64,000 bases of DNA from Eledone cirrhosa (GCA_964016885.1 OZ024747.1:34906001-34970000), one strand, 5' to 3'; shown: positions 11,081-26,120, counted from the stretch's first letter. The notes: generated by a model from the letters alone, not told the origin. Program-made: numbers and translations.

Positions 11081-12310
11081 TAAGCTCACTGCCTCTAATA
11101 CCACCGTAAACCACGGAGCCACCCAACGGAACAAGCACGCGGGTCGCACCAGACACCGGACAGGCCCAAATAGCACAGCGGAACCCAACGACTCTGTGCT
11201 GAGTGCGGCGGCTACCCAGCCAATCCCACGTGATGTGAACCACGCGGTACATGTGAAGCGGCTTAAGAAGTCATGCAATTGCAGAGACCCAACACTATGC
11301 CCCCTTAGTAATGAATGCATGACGAAAAACGTAGTCTGCAGGTGCAAGGTCACAACCCCTAACTCGGAGCACCACTACATAGGATCCACGACGACAAGCT
11401 TCAAAGATAGGTGGTATAACGATCGCCATTCCTTTAACAGAATAGAAAAGAGGAAATGTACGGCCCTTTCTGAATTGATATTGAAGCTCAAACTTGAAAA
11501 GACTCCACATTCTCTGGTCTGGTTCGTGGTTAGCACGGTTTCCCCAGACAGTGGTAGGTCTGGTATTAGCAACAGCTGTCTTAGTGCGGCACTCGAGATA
11601 CATCATGGCGCAACAAAGCTATTAAACAGAAGGGCCGTCTTATTCGGCGCCTGCAGACACCTAAGGACGGGAACTTTGCTCAAGTTATATGGATAAACCC
11701 CGGATATAGCCTCCTACAACCCCCCCCCCCTGTAGGTCCCCTACACCCCGTACCAATGCTCAATGGGCATTAACACCCACCCATAGTTTGTGGTCCCTAC
11801 GGTGGATTGTCCACCGGATACTCTACTGGTTAGGAGTCAGCAAAACCACGTTTATTGAACCCGATGACCCCCCCCCCCCCTCCGAGAGTGGCCCACACTA
11901 AAACTATACGCATGAATGCGTGCCCGCAACCGTGCGTTGTGTGTGTATACTGGGATTACGTGAATGTACACACTTATGTGAACGCAACGAAATATTAATA
12001 CCCCAGGTTGCATTTGAAAAATTTTCGAGTGTATGATTTAGAGTATATTTGCATATGCTCTCTTGTATGAGTGCACATGTGTATATAGACATACACGCGC
12101 ATCCAGATGTATACAAGTGTGGGTGGGTGCGTGTACCTATATATGTCTGTACTAAGGGATTCGCCTAAGCTCCAAAACCCCTAAGATGTTGCTGTGAAGA
12201 TATATATCACGCTCTACTTTTGTCTAGTCTAAACAATAACTTTTCCAAACACCCAATTTACTTTTCTTTAAAAATAACACCTACCTCGTGTTATGTCTGC
12301 CCTATACTTG
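11080..12310 (+). mobile_element. 5'-truncated PLE, GIY-YIG fragment and 3' UTR
   Basis: ORF 11076-11696 contains [15 protein letters not shown] and VVCRC..HYIGST. The 3' limit is approximate. Confidence 0.8.
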
Positions 12311-12609
12311 GGGCCTCTTTTGTATATATATATATATATACACTTGTGCGTACATACATATATATACACACCTGTATGGATTTGTGCGTGTAGATGTGTG
12401 TGTGTGTAGGTGTGAGTGTATGTACAAGTCAACCAACATAAGTCTTTTTATTTGTAAACTTTCTAAGTATTTGATTCTAAACATAATTTTCAGTATTACC
12501 ATCCCACATACATTCCTCAATTTGCATGTGTGGATGTGTGTGTCTGTGGGTGTGTGTGTGAGTGTATGTGCAAGTCAACCAACATAAGTCTTTTTATATG
12601 TAAACTTTC

Positions 12610-13058
12610 TAGTATTCGACTCTAAACATAATTTTCAGTAGCACCACTCGACATAAATTCCTCAATTTAAGAATGACCTGAAGTATCGAATTTCATACTA
12701 TAAACCTCAATTGAATATATATCTGAACAGGAATGCTTTTTGTGAAAATCAGTCATATGGAACTATTATCATCTTGCCTGACGGTTTGAACTTTACAACA
12801 CCACCTGCCTCTTTGAGGTCAAATACCAACCCTACAGGCATCTAGAAACTGACCAATGAGAATTAAGATTATTCCTGCTGACAACATTAAATTATCCCTA
12901 ACAAGCTCATATATCCCAAGGATCTGAAACCATTAACACCAAAAACACAGAGCTGGCATATCAAAGAACTGATTAACTGCCTGATGAGGTCATAGCCGTT
13001 CAATGGCTATCATCAAAATATATATAGCAGTGAATAAAGGATTATGAGTTATGCTTCG

Positions 13059-13065
<7 letters not shown>
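12610..13065 (+). mobile_element. PLE 3' remnant of a different type, with HHR at 12976-13031 (GAAA changed to AAAA)
   Basis: LPDGLN-like C-terminus at about 12773-12792; actgc CTGATGA ggtc atagcc-gttcaat-ggctat catc AAAA tatata TA gcagt. Confidence 0.55.
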
Positions 13066-13110
<45 letters not shown>

Positions 13111-13217
13111 TAAACGGAATAGAAAATGCTGACAAATTGTTCACAGTTGAAAAATGGTTTAATTAGGAATAAAAGAGTATTAGTGATTGTATGGGTTAGT
13201 ATTCAGTTGTCGTTTTA

Positions 13218-13300
<83 letters not shown>

Positions 13301-13619
13301 ATATATATTTCGTATCTCCAAAGAAATGCAGTTTTAGGAATCCGTAGCTATGCTAACGCCCTCTGCTGATGTCCAGCAGAAGCAAGAGGGACAACAGTCT
13401 ATGCATTTCAGGCTTAACTGGCCTTCGTCAGGACGGTCCCTCCCACCGCTTGCGACTGCTGGACTAGAAGACAGGCGAGAATATATACTTTTCTCGTCTG
13501 TGTAAATGAGGTGATTAATCTCATTTGCATGTCAAGCTGCATAAGTTGGATCAACTTATAATAAAAAAGAAATAGGATTTCGCTTCAAGCATAGCTTTAT
13601 ACAATATGTATAAATATAT

Positions 13620-13972
13620 CGTATATCCAAAGAAATACGGTTTTAGGATGGCTCTGAACATTAATCAGTATACACTGAGGATGAAAAACTCAGAGCTGTA
13701 TGGGAGCATCACAAAAGTCAGCTCAAAAGTGACACAGAGGAGACTGAGGTTAGTTGGACATGCTCACCGACATCCAGATTTGACATTGCACTCAGTACTC
13801 CTTTGGGAGCCCCTACATGGAACACTAGAAGAGGAAGACAAAGGTTAACGTATGTTGATGCCCTAAGGACAGACACTGGTCTGTTGGAGACGCAGGACAT
13901 GGCAGCGATAATGAGGGACAGAGACCGCTGGAGAGAACTCGTCCATGGATCTCGGGAATTTTACCCGCCTTA
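13620..13972 (+). mobile_element. RTE-like LINE 3' fragment
   Basis: RRLRLVGHAHRH..LLWEP, then RLTYVDALRTDTG after a frameshift. Confidence 0.7.
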
Positions 13973-13974
13973 GA

Positions 13975-15148
13975 TATATATATATATATATATACAGTTG
14001 TAATTCCTGCCTGTTTGTTTGTTTTGTTTGTTTGTTCAAGAACTCTTCCTACGGTTTTGGAGATAGACCCCCGTAACCATATATATTCTGAAACTACATT
14101 GCCCATGGTAAGTATATTTCATTTTTATCAAACCGTACCCCGGGGGAAAAAACCCCTGCTAAAAATGTTTTCCTTCGATTTATGTAAAATTGAAACGATA
14201 TGATGCCTATTCAAAACATTTCAGCAAATTTCAATAATACTAAGACACCCTAATGGGGGAGGGGGGAAACCCCCTATAGTGAAAATGTTGGCCAATAAAT
14301 GCAACAAGATGTGTTGTAACAAGATTGCATGAGAACTTGATTGAAGCAACCATTATATTTGGGGCTTACAAAGTTCAAGCTCTTTTCATTCCGAGGATTC
14401 AACTCATAGCAAGTGATGGCGAGTTGCCTTTTACATTTAATAGACTGTAGTTGCCAGTTAGGCCCTACTTTGCCATGAGCATCAATAAGTGTCAAGGTCA
14501 AACTTTCAAACCTATTAGTATAGATTTGACAAACCCATGTTTCAGTCATGGCATGTTTTATGTGGCTGTTTCAAGGACTGGAACTTCACAAAATCTCTAC
14601 ATTTTTGCCAATCAAAGAAATACAAGAAATGTTGTTTACCCTGAAGTTCTTCATTAGGACAAAGTATGAAATATATTTTCATGTATTTATTATGTTAAAA
14701 AATAAATAATTAAACTTTGAATTTCTAATTTGAAAATAATGCTTAACACAACAATGAAATGATCAAGTTTTGAATTGATATTTTAAAAGAAATTATTTGC
14801 AGGAAACAAAATAAGAATAAGATTTAATAACATAATTTTGATTTGATATATTACAAAAAATAATTGTTACTACTTTTGGCATAAGGCCAGCAATTATACC
14901 AGTGTATTACTGGTACTTTATTTTATCGACCCCGTAAGGATGAAAGGCAAAGTTAACCTCGGCGGGATTTGAACTCAGAATGATATATTACAAAAAATAT
15001 TTTTTTCCGATTTTTCATGCATTACAATTTACATAATATTGAAATGCAGAGTTTTTATCCATAAATTATAACACTGATTTAAAATTAATCAGCATTTTCT
15101 TACAAACAAAATGTATGAAACGCAGCAAGGCGCGGGCAATTCGGCTAG
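13975..15148 (+). mobile_element. Internally deleted Helitron with Pif1-type helicase C-terminus
   Basis: 14451-14657 reads FAMSINKCQGQTF..FSHGMFYVAVSR..NVVYPEVL. 3' GC hairpin followed by CTAG|T at 15145-15148. A SINE fragment is inserted at about 14868-14982. Confidence 0.85.
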
Positions 15149-15249
15149 TGAATATATATATATATCTATATATATATATATAGGAAAAGAGTTAGGACCC
15201 CTACGGCAGAACTGAAGCCGTTTCGGCGGCAATTTCTGGACCTAACTAA

Positions 15250-17028
15250 ATTTTTAGCGTGGTGTTGATATAGCCGATCTCTTCAAAGGGTTATTCCATA
15301 TATGGGCATGCGATAATCAGGCATTTATGAAGGTTGTAGTTATCGAAAGGAAGGGTCGAAGTTCTTTGTAAACACAGTTAAATCTTTCCTGGCGCGGGTA
15401 GGGGGTGCTGGTAGCTGAATTTGCCTGCAGAACAAAGAGGGGGGTGGATGAAGCCGGTCAAGCTTTAAAAGTGAATTCTATACAGCAATTTCTAAAGAGT
15501 GTGGGTAAAGTAGGCTGGCTAGAAAGCTGGCGAAAATATAATTTTACAGGAATCTGAAAGATGGGAAATTATAAAATTAAAGAACTAGAGTCTAAAACAA
15601 GAAAACCGGGGTTAATAAAATATATCAAATTCAGTACCCCGGGGCTTCATCTCATAGCGGTAAAATATCAATAACAATGCACCCCACTAAAAGAGGAAAC
15701 AGCTGCTATATTTTTAGCTGGTGTTGGGTTTTCAGCCAATGCTATATAGATTTCACGGGGGTGGGGGTACTGCGGCTACAAAAGCACGGTGGCCTTCTTC
15801 AGGGTAGGCGAAAGAGAAAAAGGAAAAGGAAGAGGAGATATAGTGGAAGGAAGTGAGAAGAAGAGATAAAAGGAAAAAAAGAAAAGTATTACATCTACCT
15901 ATGTATGCTGGGGTTTCACCTAGCTTGTTCTGCAAGTGGAGGAAAGAAAGATGTTACAGCCATTGTCTACCCACCCGGGTCGTGAGGGGGTTTGAAAGCG
16001 AGGTAAGTCCTACGCAATGGGTGTTTACATGCGGTTACAAGTTCGTCTTTTTTGTTTAGGAGTTGGTCCTTCGTAAACAGCATTTGTATCGTTTCCTCTG
16101 AGCATAAGTTAGACGGACGCCCCCCCCCAACCGAAGAGGAGTCAGCCCTAGAAAGTAAGCTCCAACTAAGATGGTATGTGATGTTATTATCTTGGAGGTC
16201 CCAGATGGTGCCCAAAAGTGTAGTGGCATGTCGCCGGGCCGGGTTTCTGGATGTATCTCGGTGTTGGTAGAGCCGGGTCTTAAAGTCACAGGCGATTAAT
16301 CCTATATAGGCTTTGTTGGAGTTTCCCGTCCTGACGTTGCACTGGTAGATCACGTTACGTTCTCGGCATCTGTTGCTGAGGGGGGCACCTTGATCCATCT
16401 GGGCAGTTACACCCCTTGTCGGCTCTCCACTAGATTGTTTCTTCCGTAAGAGTTGAGTGTTTTGTTGTTTGAGGAGGCGATTTTTTGTGCGAAGTAGGGT
16501 GTGGTGCTGTAGGAGTGTTTGATAGTGTTTTTGTTGATTATGTTGTGGTAGCGGTGTTGTGGTGGCAAGTGCTTTTCGAGGAGTCTAAAGAAGATTTTTC
16601 AGATTGGTGTTGTATCGTCGGCATTGTGGGGAAGGTTAAACCGCGTTACCTGGCGTGAGCCTGCCGATTCCGCTAGGGGAGCCTGGGTAAAATGAGATTT
16701 CCTCCCGGAAGCCGCTTCCCTTGAGAGCCTGATTGTAATATGGCGCATGTTCGTCGAATATCTGCTCATTAGTGGACAAACTAGATATGCGGAGGGAGAT
16801 GTTTTTAACCAGGTTATTGGAAACGTTTGTAGGATGGTTAGAGCGGCGGTGGATGTAATGTAGATTGTCGTTAGGTTTCATGTATGGGGAGTACATATCA
16901 TTTTCGAGTTTGAGGGTAACATCCAAGAAATTGACTCGGGTTAGAGACGTCTGTAGGCTGATTTTAACACCCCCAGTCCCGGAAGAAGTTGATTAGGTGT
17001 TAACGGACCCGGTCGGTTAACACCTAAT
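15250..17028 (-). mobile_element. 5'-truncated PLE with terminal foldback hairpin (16991-17028)
   Basis: FLDVTLKL..PYMKPND..YIHRRSNHP (16636-16930); VIYQC..AYIGL (15967-16398). Confidence 0.85.
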
Positions 17029-17129
17029 TATGAAATGAAATGAAAGTAAACTGATAAAATGAAGTAGATGAATCTCAGATGTGCTTGTGTACCTATATTG
17101 AAGTAGTAGTAGTAGTAGTAGTAGCAGTG

Positions 17130-17179
<50 letters not shown>

Positions 17180-19254
17180 TCAGTCATTGTATTCTACTTC
17201 ACGATATATTGCAGGTTTCTTGTGGATAAGTTCCCATACTTTGCGAAAATCAAAAAAAGAAAAAAAAAAGAAGTTTCCCTCTCAACATTGTGCCAAGCTC
17301 CTCTCAAATTATGCAATTATTCTTTTAATTGATATCTACCCAGTTCAAATTCAGCTTTCAGTTACCGAATATGCGGATTAACTTCTGGCTGTATTTTTAG
17401 CATAACATTGTGTAGCCAAATAATTAGTTGAATTTTTGATTTGTTTGTACTTTCCTTGTTCCTCTGTCTCATGTGTACTTTCTATGTCAACTTCGTACAA
17501 AGCAGGAAAATAAATCGTATCTTTATTCTGTTATTATTTTGTACTCGTTTCTAATAGTTTCTGATAGCTTTCTCTTGATCTAAATTGGATACTCTGTGAT
17601 GATAATCTAATTACGGTAGAAGATTACATTTCTGTATCTGTTTCATATATAATTATTTTACGTCAGACATTGAGTGATATGAAATACATTCTGTCATTAT
17701 GTGATGTATTCGTTTTGTTTTTGTCTTGTCATGTCGTCAAACTTTATTTACAGTTCAGTGAACAAATTTATAAATATGATATATTACAAAGCAATTCAGA
17801 TCATTGATTCACATTGCCTTACATTTCCGATTAAACTTTGTTTTATATATCAGTTTAATGCATTTATAATATATTTCGTATTTTATTCCTTTCATCTGGG
17901 TTTGAAATATTCTGTCTAATGTATTTGTTGTCTTTAACTATTTTTTCATTGTTTATATGTCGAGCATGACTCTGTTGATTTGAATTAATTTTCTTCGCTC
18001 GAAAACCGGTTTAGCACAACTTCCTAGTATATTTCTCCTATCGATTAGAAATGCTTTTCCATTCGAGGTGCAATTGAGCAGGAACACATATGATGTACGT
18101 ATCTTAGAAACATATATGTCTCGTGTTGAACAAATACATAACTATATGGTTAAGTCTCGTATTGAACAACTACTAACGATATGGGTGTCTAATATGTAGC
18201 CTAAATATTGACGTATTGAGTAGTAGGGGAACGAAATTCTGTCTAACGATAATGTAAAACATACTTGCTGGTTCATTACAAGGTTACAGTCGTCTGTACT
18301 ATATATACTGTATGTATTGCATTGGTTATATACTACAGTTTGATTGTGCTCTGAAGTTAGAATGGAGCCTATGCATTTTCTTATGTTGTGGGCACGGGGT
18401 AGGTCCAAAAAGACAGAAGCTGTTGTCAATATCCCAAAAGGACATGGAATACCGACGCAGCCACTGGCAAGGTGTAGGCATAAACTGATTGTGGCACATA
18501 TGTTGAGATAATTAGAAAATAACGTGGTCAACGTACTTGGCAGCTCACGGATAGCTGGAAAGCCACACATGTTTGAGTAGTATCGTGTAACACGTAAACT
18601 ATCTTAGTTTTTGAAAAAAAAAATGTTCGACTTTGAATTATATCGTAGTTTTATTTACCTGATCCAACGATCGATTCGTTCTATCGTACATAGACAACTG
18701 CATTTTACGTTAAGGAATTAGACGAGAGCCTCCATTCTCACCATTAGACCCTAGTCTTTATGCTATTACTAAAATATATCCCTTGTTTTCTAATAGTCTT
18801 TCTCAGCACCCAATATCGACTGTTGTCTATAATTGGTACATTAAACGCTATTATGTTTTGTCTAATCTAAAATGCTATCATTTTTTTTTGTAAATGTTTG
18901 GAAATTTCCCGAGATGTATGTATTTAATACACATTTCATTCCGTTTTTCTAGTAAATCGTTGTCTACGTTTTGATACGTTATATCAAATGCATTCCAAGG
19001 ATTGTGGATTAACTCATCATCGCAAAGATATAGGAGCCCAATCTGGTTTAATATGCTGCAAAGACTTCGGGCAGAAAAACAGTGTAATAAGATGAGTTAC
19101 GTTTTTATGATATCACATTCTATCGGTATGTTTCGAATTGCTTTACCTACCCGTATGACTTGCATCTGTTAATAATTGTCGTTTTATTGAGTACAATGAA
19201 CCCAACTAAATTTTGTGAGAAATATTTCAGACGCTTGTTTTAATATATATATAT

Positions 19255-20343
19255 TAGGTATAGGATTATCCTCGATGCAGTAATGGTTAATTACTACACT
19301 GGATAGAGTTGACGTACGGTGAGGGGTTACTCAACGAGTTATGGAAGAATAGTTGAAGAAACTCAGTTCCTGATCCTTCTGTATTCCGGAGTGTAGATAA
19401 AGAATGAATAATAACAGGTAGACATCATAAAAAGGTAATTTATTCTGTGTGCTTACAAATGTTTCCACGGTGGTTATACAGCCTAGTTATGCTATGTGCA
19501 AATTAATAACTATTTGCAAAACTCAATTATCAAATGCTGTGACAACTGTATCACCAGAGCAGAATGGGTAAAATGTAAATACCCTTAAGTGAGGTTATTG
19601 GGGAAGATAGAGTAGTAAAGGAAGACAGAAAAGAAGGGGAGAGAGAGAGAGAGATATGCAGGGGTTGGGGAAATAGGAGAGAGTGGTTTGTAGAATAAAG
19701 ATATCTTAATCAAAATGTTGTGGTAGGGGTTTTATTATACTGGTTACTCTTAAAGCGACAACCTTAAGCGATGCGTTGATAGTTAAGGTTGGAATTATTT
19801 ATTTCCACAGAGGGCAGGTTCATAGATGTGGAGAGGGAGGGAGGTGGACCGAGGGCGAGAGAGAGGGAGAGAGAGAGGGGGAATGGTGGGAGAGGGAGAG
19901 ATAGAGAGGGGACAGACAAAAGCTATGGGATGGGTGTACATTGAGTTCATAGTTGTAGGCTACAAATTGCACTAAGTTTCCATTTATAGTGAAAGCAGAG
20001 TATTGTCTTGTAGTGTGGGGGAAGAGAAAGTGGTTAGGTAGAATGCAATGTTATAGTTACGGGTTTGAATGTTAAGTTATTTTATAGTGAGAGAATTTAG
20101 GCTTCAGTTTGTGGTTGCAGTATAATGATCGTTCGATTCTATCATTTAGTAATTTATTTTTGGATTTTAAGATGTAAAAGAGTTCAAGGTTACATAACCT
20201 ACAGTACTTCAATCCACTCCGATATGCACTAGCGCTGGAAAGTATATCCCATTTCAAGGTGAACTGTTGGTTGCGTTCACGGAGTTGCCAGGTCTTGTTG
20301 GCGAGCGTGGTCACAAAACGGTGATTAGGATGTTTAATTGAGA

Positions 20344-20345
<2 letters not shown>
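19255..20345 (-). mobile_element. PLE 3' fragment with long-stem-II HHR variant at 19442-19565
   Basis: 20072-20314 reads KW..YCRLCNLE..LLN. Minus strand reads tgct CTGGTGA ...about 85 nt... GAAA catttg TA agca. Confidence 0.75.
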
Positions 20346-20374
<29 letters not shown>

Positions 20375-22844
20375 ATACTCAGGTACTTCTCATTTCACGT
20401 GCAACATACGTACAACATTGAACTATAGAATTGTTGATTAAAATTCAATCTCTGCAGTTATGTTCTATCTTCTTTATACCGTAACTTTTTTGCATGACAT
20501 TATTCCAACTATTCCAACTATAGACACACGTATTCAATGGAGAAACGCAATTGTCTTGGTTTTCTTTATGAAGGAAATATATATCATCGGGGGATCTGTA
20601 TCATTGTTTCTGATGACATTTAAAGAAGAATGAATATACATCATTCAATATCTATCATGTGAAAACATAATTGAATAAATGCTTGTGTTGCCCACATAAA
20701 ATAACATATATAAAAGAGAAAAAAACGTGCAATGTTATACTCAATAGATTATAACAGAGAAAAACGTACAATGTTAAAATCAATAGACTATTGACATTAA
20801 GAGAATACATGCATAACAAAATTCAAATAGTACATTTGAAGGAACATATCCATTACTAAGACGCAGGTAATCAACACAGCAAAGAAAAAAAATTCATTAC
20901 GGCCGTAAATATGATGTTATATGACACGCAGAAGACGAATAAAGAAAGGAATACTGGGACAAAACCAAAACCTAGATTACATTGAGAATTCTGACAACAA
21001 AACCTATACCTAGACAGAACAAACAACAGTGTAAAGGAAAATAAATGTGAGACGGATATAAGAATAACGGACCCCTGAAGAGGAAAATCATGATGAGGGC
21101 AATGAAACATGTAAATACTAAAGGAATTGTTGATAATTGAATTTAGTCATAGAGACAAAATAAAATATACCTCACGAATGAAGTTCAATTTACAATTGAA
21201 AAATAATTAGCGCGGATTTAACTAAAGGAGAGGAAAAATCAGTATTACCAAACCAAACCAATGATATATGTATTTAAAGTATCTCTACTTATCATAATTG
21301 AAAAAAATCGCAAGTAAACACCATGGAAAATTTATACGGAAACATAGAAAATAAGACAAAATAATTCTCATTGCTTAATGGAATCAATAACAAGAAGAAA
21401 ACCCCCCTAAAACGATAGGGCACGATTTTACAAACGAAAAATAAATTAAATCTCTGAATTTTAAGAACACCTGAATCGAGACATCCTCTCCATAGCTCAA
21501 TGAATCAGTCGGTAAACAGCTTTTAGTTCAATATACCGTGTACTATTTATTTAGTGTGGTGGATTGGCAATATTGGTAGAACGTTGGACAACATTGGTTA
21601 CTGCATAGAGTTACAACCCTTTACGTTCAGAGGTCAAATCTCGCCATGGTTAGCTTTCTATTTCATTCTTACTGGGTCAACAAAATAACGCACCCGTAAC
21701 GCACTGGAGTTGTTTTAATTGGCTTTCCCCAACCCCTATATTTGTTGGTATTGTACCTAAATTGTACCTAAATCAGAAAACATTACTTCTTTCGTACCAA
21801 ATAAAAACCCTAATTTCGTTAACCAGAAAGTTATGTAATACTATTGCATATACACCGCAAGATAATAGAATTTTGAATTTTAAAAGAATAGTGATTCAGG
21901 AATATGCACAAGAAAAAAGCATTAGTTGCGGAATATCGGATTGCATAACTATCCTCAAACGTCATATATATGGCTTAACAATGAAATAAGAATTATTGTT
22001 TAGCTGGATTTTTACGTTTAGCTAAATATTAAGTCAACCCAACGGTTGTAAGTATAATTGGTTTCATGGAAACTGTACGGGTTTCCTGCTGATGTACAGT
22101 TATGTCATTGCACCAGTTTCTATACAGTCTTATTTCATCAAAAATGTTTATTTAGGATGAAAGCTTCAGTGAAGTGATATCGCTACCTGAATACCTATAA
22201 TACGTACAGAAAAAACTGACTGTAGTGGCAAATAATCTGTAAAGCTAGAAATGTAGTCTATAGCATAAGATGTACAGAGGGTATTTGCAGAAACATGACA
22301 ACGACATACATAGGCGAGACAGCTCAACGCATAGGAGAAATAATAGACCAACACATGGGGGGGGGGGGGGGATAAATACGAGGACAATAAAACGGTTCAT
22401 TACTATACGAACACGCCAGACAATAACATGACTGTAATATACACACCATAGAAATTAAAATAATATATAAACATAGAAATGACTCAACAGCTAGGTAAAT
22501 CAGAGAAGCAACTGAAATAAAGCTTAGAAGACCAAAGTTAAAGAGAAAAAACGAATGGAATAACAACAACAACCTTACCCAAACAAACAATACTGACTTA
22601 AGGGAAATAGAAATAAATAAATAAATATATACACAAGTAAAATAACAACAAACACATATACACACACAATAGAAAACAAAGATAGAATACACAAACCAAA
22701 ACACATACACACAAACGCGAAAACACACACCAAACATTATACACACACGCAAACGCATGCACAGAGACGGAGACATGAATAAATAAATAAATAAATAAAA
22801 TAAAACTGGCGTAGACATTACAGTAGAAGGGAACATAATGATAG

Positions 22845-22879
22845 TACCACTGATGATGTTGCAACGAAAGAACTTTGAT

Positions 22880-22880
<1 letters not shown>
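22845..22880 (+). ncRNA. Minimal hammerhead in PLE tail
   Basis: tacca CTGATGA t gtt-gc-aac GAAA gaac TT tgata (one stem I mismatch); homolog at 46656. Confidence 0.6.
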
Positions 22881-22926
<46 letters not shown>

Positions 22927-23099
22927 GTATTTTTAACCGTTGGTCAATCAAGGATAAACGTTGATTGCCAAATATATTAACTATAGAGATCTAAAAGATA
23001 CAGAAGCGAAAACCAACTAAACAGTGAGTGTGTTCTGTTATTATTTCTGGCAATATTATTACAACAGTATGACCCTCCCCAAGTATAACAATATATATA

Positions 23100-23287
23100 T
23101 ATATCAAATATTGAGTTATAAACTCGAAATAGTCTTTTACAATTTAATAGCTCAAAGAAGGGAATATTTCCAAGCGGTGTAATACAAATGAATATATGAG
23201 GGATGGACACGGCTCGGAAATATACCATTCTTTGAGCTATTTAATTGTACAAGACTATTTCGAGTTTACAGCTCAATATTTGATATT
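23100..23287. repeat. About 60-bp inverted repeat with about 70-bp spacer
   Basis: atatcaaatattgag...gctcaaagaa pairs with ttctttgagc...ctcaatatttgatat. Confidence 0.7.
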
Positions 23288-23692
23288 CACGGCTCCATAC
23301 GTTGAGCTAATTTTAGTCCTATAAAACCGACTGCTATTTTTAGCGACACGACTATGAGACGAGTTAGGCGCTGGGACACATGTGCGTTCAACAACACGTA
23401 TTTCTCAGTCTTTTAAGTATTTTGAAGTGATTGATACACATTTTGCTGGATACCCGCAGAAGAGCACAGGAAAAGTAACTTTCACTTAATTGTGGCGAAA
23501 CAAATTTAGAATTTGTCCGGGTATCACGGCCATTGACAATATATGTTTGTTATTATTATTGATTTTTTATTTCAAAAGGAGACAGGCAAACCATATTATG
23601 TTAAATTAGTATTTTTCAATCTAGCTAAGTTGGTCATTTGCAATTCGATCATATGTATAATTGTATAGGTGTTCATCCCTCATATATTCATT

Positions 23693-23746
<54 letters not shown>

Positions 23747-23942
23747 AACGAGTAGGACCCCGACGGCTGCGCGCAAGCCGTTTCGACGGCTAATTCTGGA
23801 CTCCAGAATTAGCCGTCGAAACGGCTTGAGCTCAGCTGTCGGGGTCCTACTCGTTCCTATTACCCACTCTACTACCCTAAGTATTGAGTACTTTGGTGCG
23901 TTATGGTCCATCTGGTTCCTTACCACATTTCCTTCGTTATAT

Positions 23943-24017
<75 letters not shown>

Positions 24018-24020
<3 letters not shown>

Positions 24021-25185
24021 CGTGCGGACGGTATTTGAGGACACATGTATTTTAATCATTATTTCTCCTACCGACAATTGTTTCTACCTTAGGCACAAGG
24101 CCAGCAATTATCCAGTGCATTACTGGTACTTTATTTTATCGACCCCGTAAGGATGAAAGGCAAAGTTAATCCCGCCGAGGTTAACTTTGCCTTTCATCCT
24201 TACGGGGTCGATAAAATAAAGTACCAGTAATGCACTGGATAATTACTGGCCTTGTGCCTAAAGTAGAAACAATTATTTCTCCCACCGACGTCTGGATTTC
24301 TGAGGCAGTGTTTTCACTTTAGGAGTCTTTGCAGATTGTGTAAAAAACAATGGTCTGCGAATGTGAATAGCTTGTCTTCTAGAGTGCTCTGTGCCTAAAG
24401 TAGAAACAATTATTTTATTAGACTAATTTTTATTGAATTTCCATTTCAGAAAATAACAATGAAAATAACTATGCTTACTAATGAAATGAAAAGGCATGCT
24501 GTGATTGTGGCTTTGAAGGATCAGTATGGGGATTTAGAACTTTCTCGATTTCTGAAAGTTGCAAATCTTTCGTCCAAAAGAATCGATGTGAGTTAGAGAA
24601 AGAAGATTCAAGAGTATTACCTGTATCAAAACGTAAAAAACATTCCAAACGCTCTGATTCTCTCAGGACACCTGAATTTATTCAGGAAGTTAAGGAAAAC
24701 ATTGATGACAATTCAGGAAAATCAATGAGGTCAATTGCAAAAACTTTTGGTGTGTCAGAAAAAACAATCAGAAATGTTGTGCATGAAGACATCAGATACA
24801 AATCTTACGTGGTGGGGAGAGGTCAATTTATTTCAGAAAAAAAACAAAGAAAACCGTTTAATCAGATCCAAAAGACTTTTAAACAAACTTAAAATTCCAT
24901 CAGAAAATGGTGTGATTTGTTTTTTCTCAGATGAGAAAAACTTTGACCAGGACTTGAAAACTAACACAAGAAATGATAGGTGGCTATGTGCAGACCCTTC
25001 TGAGATTCCAAGTGTAATGCACACAACATTTCCTGCAAGTGTCATGGTTTTGGGTGTTGTTAGCAATGAATGACATGTGATGCCTTTTTCCACAAGGCCT
25101 TAGGGGGAATGCTGCTGCATATATTGGGGGTCTGGATAAAGCTATTAAGCCTTGGATCAACAGTGTAAGCAATGGAAGGCTTGAT
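24018..25185 (+). mobile_element. Decayed Tc1/mariner (maT-like) transposon, 5' part
   Basis: TA|cagcgtgcggacggtatttg TIR; transposase remnants include FFSDEKNF and KTNTRNDRW..FPASVMVLGVVS. Confidence 0.8.
24076..24274. mobile_element. Palindromic double SINE 3' half with flanking direct repeat
   Basis: Two inverted SINE 3' halves joined at about 24170; attatttctccYaccgac at 24058-24075 and 24272-24289. Confidence 0.75.
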
Positions 25186-26120
25186 ATTTGTCAAAGCGCC
25201 GAGAGATACCAACTTTTCAAATTCGAAACGCCCAAATCAACTCAATTAGAGATCGACATTTATTACATTTATTTCCAATGATTTCCCTTATGCCATTCTA
25301 AATTTTTAAATATAAATTTTGGTCAAATGGCTATAAGATAAATGTCTCCGAAGTGAGTGACAGATACAGAATTGGCTCAAAAAAATGAAATTCTGAATTT
25401 TGAACATGCACCAGTGTGGCATATGATTTCATTTCTTGCTGTGATATAATTCAGATACACATTTCAATTTATTTCAATCGCTACTGATCTGTCTTCCAAA
25501 GAGGATATATTTCTGTGCAATCTATCAATCCTTTCCTCATTCACAACTTTAATATATAAATATATACATACTTAAACGTTATATCTAGCTGAGATAAAGT
25601 CCATGTAGTGGTTGAACACGTTGGCGCGAAAGAGTCTATATGATTAGTAACTGTCTGATAAGAGCAATAACCTCCTCAACGCCATTGCAATCGAGTCATG
25701 TAAAATGTCAGTGGAGTGTATACACATTATAAATATTCATTTTACATAGAGAATGTGGTGTTGCTTTGACAGAAACTGACTAAAGTTGCTTAATTGTATT
25801 TTCTTTTACACTACAGAGCATTGTTCACCTAGTCGTTGATCGACTTGTCTCTTTAACTCCGTTTTTAGCCAAACCGAAGTTTCACATGACTAAGTATGTT
25901 TACATTTAAGAAATCGATTATGTGTGTCTCTGTTGAAGATAATGTTTAATGTTGAAGATATTAAAGTAGAGACAGAAAATGTCATCTTTAGACATATCAG
26001 TGACATATTGAGGCTACTGAAAATATAATTCAAGATTGCTTTCTTCTGCTATCCACTCACACCAACACACCTACATATACATATTCACTCTTCGTCTCTA
26101 ACACACATAAACAGCTGGCT

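Noticed and set aside
15735-15810. CTGAAGA...GAAA tctata TA on the minus strand
   Set aside because: No convincing stem I or stem II.
25817-25893. Possible host exon (ctacag|...|gtatgt, one open frame SIVHLVVDRL...), and similar weak candidates at 32950-33130
   Set aside because: No recognisable homology; needs RNA-seq.
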